Shown in pieces: positions 48,573 through 64,000 of a stretch of 64,000 nucleotides of DNA. Position 1 is the first letter of the stretch; each line of letters begins with the position of its first letter. The notes under the pieces were generated by a model. That model ran no database searches. It saw only the letters and a program-made list of their open reading frames with translations, and was not told where the DNA came from. Location of the stretch: the NCBI GenBank assembly GCA_033442325.1, contig JAWQFM010000007.1, forward strand, positions 997,684-1,061,683. The letters run 5' to 3'. Both the position numbers and the translations under genes were made by a program. Source of the DNA: Salpingoeca rosetta (lineage: Eukaryota; Protista; Choanoflagellata).

Positions 48573-51383
48573 CTAGAGCTCGCACGAGTCCGGCCCCGCA
48601 CACGCGAGCGTGAGCTGCAAGCTGGTGCCGTCCTGGTCCTCCTTCACCTCCCGCAGGTCAATGGCGGTGATGTGGGTCATCAGCTCATCGTACGTCGCCT
48701 TGCTGCACTCCTCAAAGGGCGCCTGCTTGTACGTGTGCCCGCTGTACGGCAACACGCACAGGCCGTTGTAGGCATCACGGTTGTGCCACATCCACGCACC
48801 AACGCCATCCCACTCGTGCTCGCGGACAGAGACGGTTGTTGAGACGTTGTTGGTGTTGACGCCGCGGCGGTGGCCACCACGGATCCACGTGTCGTGCAGG
48901 CGGTGCACGCGGTCAAGCAACTGCAGCACAGGTGGTGTTGGTGATGGTGGTGGTGTGAGTTTGAAAGGGGAGAAAAGGCCACATGGGCAACATGGGCAAG
49001 GGTTTCTGTTTGCTGCTCTGCCACACCACGACAAGACAACGCACAACCACAACACACACGCACGCACACACACACACACACAACCATACACATACATGCA
49101 TCCACAACGGCACAACGCACACACATGCACGCACACTCACGTGAAGGGCGCTTTCGCTGCGCAGGGTGGCGCCTGGCGGTGCGCGCTGCGGGAACGAGAC
49201 GACGGCGGTTGTGTTTGTGCTCATGACGTCGTCCTCGATCAGCGCAGGGCAGCGCTCCAGCAGATACGGATACAGCGACTCCTGCTTGTTCACGCGCATG
49301 CGGCGGATGTAGTGCTCGGCGTGCCACGGGTGCACGCCACTGCTGGTGCCCAGCACGAGGCTCGTGGTGCCTGCAGGCTTGACGGTGGTGACGCGATCGG
49401 CGGTGCTGATGCCAATGGCCGCAGACACACGCGCGTTCTCGTCGACAGCGGCATGCGCAGCGCGGGAGAGATCAAGCCGCATCACGGCGCCGCTCGCAAT
49501 GCCTGTGCGTACGGGTGCAGGGAGAGAGAAGAGGAGAGAGAGGGGGGGGGGTTGTGACGGCAAGATTGGGTAGTAGTGTTGCGGCAGGAGGATGCCATAC
49601 AGCTGATGACGAGCTAAATGTTCAGGGCACGAGGTCACACACGCGCGCACAGAGACCAAAGGCAGAGGCAGAAGGACAGGCAGGCAGGCAGGCAGGCAGA
49701 CACGCAGGCAGAAGGACTGACAGACACGCAGGCAGACACACACACACACAGACACACACAGACACACAGACACACACACAGACAGACACACACACCGGTC
49801 ATGCCGACGCCGAGGAGGGACGAGCGGCGCGTCGTCTCCGCCCACTCCGGCCGCAGGTAGTGGAAGTCCGTGTACGAAGCCTGCAGCGTGCCGATGAAGG
49901 CTGCACACCGGGCAAGCGTGTCAAGCTCCTGCTGCGACGACACCGCGCTCACATTCATTTCCGTCAGGTTGCAGAACTGGAAGGGCTCGAGCGCAATCTC
50001 GCAGCAGGGGTTGGTGCCCCACTCCGTGGAGTTGGTGAGGTAGATGCCTGGCTCCCCGCTGTTGGACGCGCGCACGTGCTGCCACAGCTCCATAAACTGC
50101 GCCTCCGTCACGTGTGCACGGTCAAGCACGGCAGAGTTGTTGGCCATGGCGCGCTGGCTGTTGCGCTCCCACCACTCACCGCTCTTGGCTGCAGCCATGC
50201 CGGCATCCTCGGGCGAGAACAGCGAGATGAGCGCCGAGCGCCGCACGCCCCCAGACGCAACGCAGGTGGCAAGGTGGCACACAATGTCATGCACGTCCAG
50301 CGGTGACAGGCGCGTGTTGTCTGCCGCGCGTGCGAGGATGGCCTCCGAGGCCTCCAGCGCCTCCCGCAGCGGCTCGGGTCCAGGCGCCCGCCCGCCAGCA
50401 GTGATGATGGGCGACCCTTTGGGGCGGATGGCAGAGTAGTCAAACTTGACAGGCACGCGCGGCACCCCGTCATCTGGCAGGTACGTGTCGAGCAGCACGC
50501 GGGCGGCGTCGGCCCAGCCCTCAATGGAGTCGTCGATGTTGTGCACGTGTGCGTGGGTGGCGACGGTGCCGCGGTGCGGTTGGCGCACACGGGGCAGCTG
50601 GCTGATGTGCTGCTGCTGCACGGAGAAGCCAGCCCCGGTGCCGCTGAGGAGCAAGAACATGAGCTCGGAAAAGGCGCTGGTGGTGGTGATGGGCAGGAAG
50701 CTGCAGTTGAACATGCGCACGTTGTTCACGGCGACAGCACCGCCAGCAAACTGCAACGAGCGCATGGAAGGCAGCACCAGCTTGTTGTGCACCAGCTCGT
50801 AGGCCGAGATGATGTCGTCGTGGAGGTCCGGGAACTTCTGCAGGTGCATGGTCTTGTTTCGCTCCACAATCTCGCTCCACACCTCGCGCCGGGACTCGCT
50901 CGGCAGGTAGCGCGCATACTTGGAGTACACGGTGATGTCCGAGAGGATGCCGCTGCTCGTGCTCCTGCTCCGGGGATCACCGTCCTTGTCGGTGGATGTT
51001 GCCGTCTCCGTGGCAAAGCGGCGGCCTCTCGCTGGTGTGGACGGCGTGTGGCCATCTGGCACGCCCGCTGCACTTGATGTCGACACGCTACGAGCTGCTT
51101 GCCTCCACAACCGCGGCTGATGCCTGCTACTGCCCACAACAGTGCTCAAGCACGAGGCATATCGACGTTGTCGCTGTCGTTGGCGTTGCAGTGGAAGCTG
51201 CCATCGCGCAGCAGTGCTGCTGCTGTGGGTGTGGTTCCTGTGGCTGCTTGCGTCACTGCCCCAGCATACCACTTCCACTTGCACTGCCGACGCTGCTGCC
51301 ACTGACGCATGGGTGCGGTGAGCACAACCCCTGCAAGCAGCAGCAGCAACAGAGGGTGTTGTTCTTCTCGCAGCCGCAAGCAT
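48573..51383 (-). CDS. nrdJ: Class II adenosylcobalamin-dependent ribonucleotide reductase (monomeric NrdJ/RTPR type) with an N-terminal mitochondrial-type presequence
   Basis: Exons 51383-49796, 49502-49141 and 48920-48573. Motifs KYARY...RREVW, LPSMRSL, RMFNCSF, GTGAGFSV, DSIEGW, FDYSAIRPKG, GGRAPGPEPL, SGGVRRSALI, TNPCCEI, QFCNLTE, TTVKPAGTTS, YKQAPFE, and a C-terminal Cys pair LACAGPDSCEL*. Confidence 0.93.
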
Positions 51384-51645
51384 GTCGGTGCACGTTCGTC
51401 GTCGTCGTTGTTTTATGCGGTTGTTGTTGCAGTTGATTGCGCGCACTGGCTGGCTGTTGTTGTGAAGGTGGGTTGGTTGTGATGTGATTGTGACATTGGT
51501 GCTGCTGACACAATCAACAACATGCATGCATGGCAGTGTGCTGGGAGGTGAGCTTGACGTTGGATGGTCGACTGTGTGTCACACTGCTGGCTCATCCACT
51601 CGCCTCTGCCTTGCTCACTCGCCTCTGCCTGCTCGGCAGACAGGC

Positions 51646-54296
<2,651 letters not shown>

Positions 54297-54354
54297 ACCC
54301 ACAAAGCGCGCGCGCGTGTGTGCGCGTGTGTGTGAGCGTGTGTGTGTGTGTGTG

Positions 54355-54397
<43 letters not shown>

Positions 54398-54548
54398 CGA
54401 TCTTGTATTACTGCTCTTTCCTGATTATTGCGTAATAACTATAAAAACCAAAAAAAAAATACGAGCAATGTATCAATCTAGGACTCTGTATCGCATTCAT
54501 TTGATTTTTTTTTTTTTTTTTTTTTGTTGTTATGTTTTTTTTTTTTTT

Positions 54549-54861
54549 NNNNNNNNNNNNNNNNNNNNNNNNNNNNNNNNNNNNNNNNNNNNNNNNNNNN
54601 NNNNNNNNNNNNNNNNNNNNNNNNNNNNNNNNNNNNNNNNNNNNNNNNNNNNNNNNNNNNNNNNNNNNNNNNNNNNNNNNNNNNNNNNNNNNNNNNNNNN
54701 NNNNNNNNNNNNNNNNNNNNNNNNNNNNNNNNNNNNNNNNNNNNNNNNNNNNNNNNNNNNNNNNNNNNNNNNNNNNNNNNNNNNNNNNNNNNNNNNNNNN
54801 NNNNNNNNNNNNNNNNNNNNNNNNNNNNNNNNNNNNNNNNNNNNNNNNNNNNNNNNNNNNN
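54549..54861. other. Assembly gap at the 3' end of the NCoR-like gene
   Basis: N run. Confidence 1.
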
Positions 54862-59462
<4,601 letters not shown>

Positions 59463-59830
59463 CTCCGCCAGTTGTCTGTTGTGCTGTGTTGTGCGCGGTT
59501 TGTGCGCTTTGTGCTGCTTCTCTGCAATCGGCGAATGTGGAAAATTGGATGAAAATATACACCATTCATCCACACTGCAAGCCGTTGCGGCGGGAAATTT
59601 TCAAAACGACAAGACCAAGCACATTAACTCTCCAACGCGCACACCTCGTCCCGTGTGCTTTGCTTTGCTGTGCTCTGCTGACGCTTCCTTTGAGTCTAGT
59701 AGGGTGCGCACTGCCGAGCGTGTCGACAACGACAGACGCACTGCCCAGCGTGTCGCCAACGACAGACGCATTTGAGAGAGAAACACAGAAGGGGAATATT
59801 CAGAGTGGGAGATTGCGAAGGAAAAGCAAG
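59463..59830. promoter_or_regulatory. Bidirectional promoter of the NCoR-like gene and SPC25 with an E2F+CHR-like composite site
   Basis: 368 bp between divergent ATGs. GGCGGGAAA at 59589-59597 is followed closely by TTCAAA at 59600-59605 (TTTGAA on the minus strand). Confidence 0.5.
59707..59770 (+). repeat. 30-bp tandem duplication upstream of SPC25
   Basis: CGCACTGCCGAGCGTGTCGACAACGACAGA followed by CGCACTGCCCAGCGTGTCGCCAACGACAGA (2 mismatches), then CGCA. Confidence 0.9.
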
Positions 59831-61611
59831 ATGGAGGATCCACAGCTGGCGCAGATTCAGCAGCAGGTTGCTGAGGCGCAGCACGAGTTTGATACCTGGG
59901 TGTCATCCGTGAACAACACCTTTGAGACCAAGCAACAAGAGCACAAGCGGAGTGTTCTCGCATCACGAGGTGAGTGTGCTGTGCATTGCGTGGATGGTGT
60001 GTGTTTTGGTGCAACTGTGGGTGTTTAGTTGCAGCTGTGTCATGTGGAAATCGCAGCAGCGCACGCGGTGTCGCCTGGTTTGTGTGTGTGTGTCTGTGTG
60101 TCTGTGTGTCTGTGTGTCTGTGTGTCTGTGTGTCTGTGTGTCTGTGTGTCTGTGTGTCTGTGTGTCTGTGTGCAGCACATGTGCACGTTGTTTCCTGAGT
60201 ATCTCACAAATGCTATCATTGTCGTGCTTGGCAACTGTGCAACTGTGTTGTTTGCAGACAACATCAAGCACTTGCGTGAGCAGATCAGCTCAAAGGCAAC
60301 AGAAAAGCAGGCGAACGAAAAGGTTGCGCGCAAGCAGGAGCAGGAGCGAAATGACATTGAGGACAAGATTTCTGCCGTGCACAAGGAGACGGAGCAGCTC
60401 CTCTCTGTTGACCAGCGCCTGAATCAGGAGATTGCTGCCCTCAACGCAGAGAAGGACCGCGTTCTCCAAGGTATGCACAAATGTCTGATTGTGTGTGGGA
60501 GGATGCTTAGTTGTTAGTACATGTGTGCGGGTGCTGTTGTCCTGCATGTGTGTGTGTGTGTCTGTGTGTTTGTGTGGCTGTGTGTGTATGTGTGTGGTTG
60601 TGTCTGTGTCTGTGCTTGCGTGTGCGTACGTGTGCGTCTGTGCACGTGTGTTGTGTGTGTGTGTATGCGGTGCTCATTTATCGGCCGATTCAAAGCAATG
60701 CATGAATGAATATGTTGGTTTCTTCCCTGCCTGTTCTATGCAATCCCTGGTGCCTCTGTTGCACACGCCCTTGCTTCAATGCGTTGCGTGGCTGTGTCTA
60801 TCAACACGCAGAGATTGAGGAAGTGAAGCAGGAGAACGACAGTGCATGCGCCCGAAAGACGCAGGGCATCGAGTGGTACCAAGACAGGCTTGGATGGAGC
60901 ATGAAGACGAAGAAGCGTGAGTTGCGCGCGTCAACTGCTGGCGTCGACTGCTTGTTCTTGACCTGTTAAGTTGGAAAACCACGACTGTCATTGCTTCTTG
61001 TTCAACACCCTCACCTCGCTATCCTTCTGGTCTGGCGTTGCATTCTCCCTGTGTGCAGGCGACACGCTGAGCATGCGTTTCACGCAGATTGACCCAGATG
61101 ACCGCGATCGCCCCTTCAGTTTCGACCTTGTTGTCAAGCCAAACGACACTTACGAAGGTGACTTTTGGGTGCACGTGTGCGTATCTCTTTGTGTTTGTGT
61201 GTGTGTGTGTGCCTGTGTTTGTTTGTTTGTTTGTTTGTTTGTTTGCTTGTTGTTTGTTCGCGAGTGTGTATACGAGTGTGTGTGTGTGTGTGTGTGTGTA
61301 GACGTGGTGCGTGTGTCTGTGTGTATGCCTGTGTGTGTATGTCTGTGTGTGTGTAGACGTGCATGCGTGTCAACGTGTGTGCACTTGTGTACCGTTGTCC
61401 ATGTGCGTGTGCACGTGCATGTGCACCGTGTGTATGTGCAACGTTGAATCCACAACTCTCACATGACCTTGCCTTGGTGTGGCCAAAACAACCAGCTGTG
61501 AACATGGAGCCGAAGATTGATGTGCAGCCACTGTTGGATGAGCTCAACACAAACAACAACCTTGGTCGTTTTCTCTTCCGCGTTCGCAACGCCTTCAAGG
61601 CGTCCCTCTGA
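59831..61611 (+). CDS. SPC25: Kinetochore NDC80-complex subunit Spc25
   Basis: Five exons. N-terminal coiled coil, then an RWD-like head: WYQDRLGW...DTLSMRFTQIDPDDRDRPFSFDL...YE...PKIDVQPLLDELNTNNNLGRFLFRVRNAF, matching the Spc25 pattern LG-F-IDP-F-F-L and N-F-FL-VRKAF. Confidence 0.88.
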
Positions 61612-61675
61612 ATCAGCACGCGCGATGTTTTGTCACATAACCTTCCCTTGTTACACTGACCTGCTGATGTGTGTG

Positions 61676-61752
<77 letters not shown>

Positions 61753-61931
61753 TGCGCATGTGCACCAATGCTTTGCTTCACCAACCACCACTGTCGCCTA
61801 CTTCCCTTCCTCCTCAGAAAAAGGCAATTTTGCCTTCCATGCATGGTCAAAATTGACATCCAACGACGACAACAACAAAGCTCGAGAAGCAAGCCAACCA
61901 AGCAAACAAACAAACCCTTGAGTGGCTGGAT

Positions 61932-62235
61932 ATGAGCAGCAGCGGTGGCGGCGGCGTGCGAGCGATGGAGGATATGGAAGGCGAAGCTGACCACAGTCAG
62001 GGCTTCTCCGGGTGCTGGCAGGGCGTGGACATCTCTGGTGCGGGGTTCTTCGCTGCAGTGCTCGTGTTTTTGATGCTGATCCTGTTCCCCGTGGCCATGG
62101 GCACAGACCAGTGGGCATCATCCGACGCCGTCAACATGGGCCTCTTCCAGTACTGCGACACCAGATGTCAACAATGTACGTGCACAGGGCGGATGTGAAA
62201 GAGGTGCGAGGAGCCGGTGGGAGCAGATGCTGTGC

Positions 62236-62269
<34 letters not shown>

Positions 62270-62793
62270 TTGAAGTTGTGGTTGTGTATGTGTGTGTGTG
62301 TGTGTAGTTGTTGTTGTTGTGTATGTTGTTGTGTATATTTTGTGTGGTTTTCGTTCGACAACACTTGCGACTTGTGCTGTTGCTCTCTTCGCTGTGTTGA
62401 GGGCCAGTACTTGTTTGTCTTTCTTCTTCTTTTTTTTCCTTTTCTTCTTCTTCTTCTGCTTCTTCTTCTTCTTCTTCTGCTTCTTCTTCTTCTTTCTCTT
62501 GTTCTTGTTCTTGTTCTTGTTCTTGTTCTTGTTCTTGTTCTTCTTTTTGTTCTCCCTCACCTTCGTCATTTGAACCCCACCGCAACCACGACGAAACGCA
62601 GATGTGGACAACCGATTCCCACCCACAGGCCAGAACGACTTGAACCTTGTCACCACGACAGAGGCGTGTGCTGCCTTCATCGGGCTTGCCATTACGGCGT
62701 CCTTCTTCGCCATGGTACAGATTGTGTTTGGACTGGGCCGCACAGGCTATGACCGCACCGTCTTCCGCGCAGCCGTCTGTGCCTACTTTGCAG

Positions 62794-62824
<31 letters not shown>

Positions 62825-63618
62825 CGTATGTGTGTGTGTGTGTGTGCGCATGTGTATGCATTTGTGCTTGTGCACTTGTGCGTGTCTGTGCTTGTGCGTT
62901 TGCGTGTCTGTGCGTGTGCGTTTGCGTGGAACAGCTTGCAAGAGAGATACGAAGAGAAGGAGAGCGACTCTGTGGGGTGGGTTCTGCGGTCGTGCATGTG
63001 TGTGCCTGCGATCCAATACGATCCGCTCTGCTTGTGCCCTCACGTCTTTGGCGCCATGGCAGCCGGGTGCGGTATCCTGGCGACGATCATTTTCGGGGCG
63101 CTGGTGAATGAGCTGCCATCGTCGTACGCGGTGGGCTACTCGTTCAACGTGAATGTCGCTGCCTGGATCATCAGCGCCATTGCGGGCATGCTGCTCAACA
63201 TCGACTCCCGCAACATCAGCTACGTCGACCCAGCCATCGCCGTCCACACCGGCGGCCGCCAGATGATGTGCGTGGCAAGAATCGAATGTCTGTGTTGTGT
63301 TGTGTTGTGTTGTGTTGTGTGGTGTACTTTGTGTGGATAACTGTGTGTGCTGTGTGTATACTTTGTGTGTGCGGTGTGTGTGTACTTTTTGTGTGCTCTG
63401 CGTGTGCTGTGTGTGTACTTTATGTGTTGTGTCGTGTTGTGTTGTGTCGTGTTGTGTTGTGTGTGCATCGACGTCTGCATAATGTTGCGACTGGGCGATT
63501 TGGTCCACCCACACGTGTCTGTTTGCCTGTGTTGCGTGTCTCCTTTGTGCTTCCTTGGCATTGACGCCTCAACCCCACGCACCCCTTGCCTTTCCGTTTA
63601 TTTCGCCATGACAGTTGA
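61932..63618 (+). CDS. Claudin/PMP22/EMP-superfamily tetraspan membrane protein
   Basis: Four hydrophobic segments. Loop 1 is TDQW...[11 protein letters not shown] (W...GLW-x2-C...C-like) and GYSF precedes TM4. Exons ~61932-62175, ~62602-62793, ~63063-63267 and a probable 4-nt final exon (RQMI*, stop at 63618). Confidence 0.7.
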
Positions 63619-64000
63619 GGCTGCGCGTTGTCACCACCGCCACAACACCACGTCCAATCTCCATCATCCAAGCAGTGCTGGTCGCTGTTCCCCATTTGCA
63701 ACCAACACACACACACACACACAACCCCGCAGCCTGTTTTTCCTTCCACTGGCGCGTGTGCTGACTCGTGCTTCCTCCAACCACCCCATCCTCTCCTCCC
63801 TTACCCATTTCTCCTCCCCACAAGCACACACACGCACTCAAAGCGCAACAACGCCACCCTCTGTCTTGTCTCCTTCATCATCACCACCACCATCATCATC
63901 ATCATCATCATCATCTTCGTTGCTGCGGCTGTTGCTTGGTCAACAGCTGCCTGTTCCCTTCATCACCATCCCATCTTCGTTGCTGCTGCTGCTGCTTCTT

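Overview
Gene-dense eukaryotic DNA with GC-rich exons and short GT-AG introns packed with (GT/CA)n, (CT/GA)n and (GTT)n microsatellites. This style, with SH2 and claudin-like genes, points to a choanoflagellate of the Salpingoeca rosetta type (inference, not proven). There are four assembly gaps. About 16 spliced genes can be reconstructed: an SH2 protein (3' end only), a ~2080-aa chromodomain multidomain protein, a PDZ-fused plasma-membrane Ca2+-ATPase, a long coiled-coil protein, an NZF/RYBP-like protein, an intronless secreted beta-helix protein, NEDD8, an IHO1/Mer2-like candidate, a prothymosin-like acidic protein, a large orphan gene, lipoyltransferase, a class II (B12-dependent) ribonucleotide reductase with a mitochondrial-type presequence, kynurenine formamidase, an NCoR/SMRT-like SANT protein, SPC25 and a claudin/PMP22-like protein. 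The main result is the gene at 878-8206 (-). By eye it combines an HP1/MPP8-type chromodomain, a second chromo/chromo-shadow-like unit, a TASOR/TEX15-type pseudo-PARP (DUF3715), a degenerate PIN/NYN domain, an RD/RS tract, about 21 WG (Argonaute-hook-like) motifs and a C-terminal SPOC-like domain. That would put the modules of animal HUSH and fission-yeast RITS in one polypeptide. All domain calls come from motif recognition and comparison with remembered family sequences, so they need HMM or structure confirmation.
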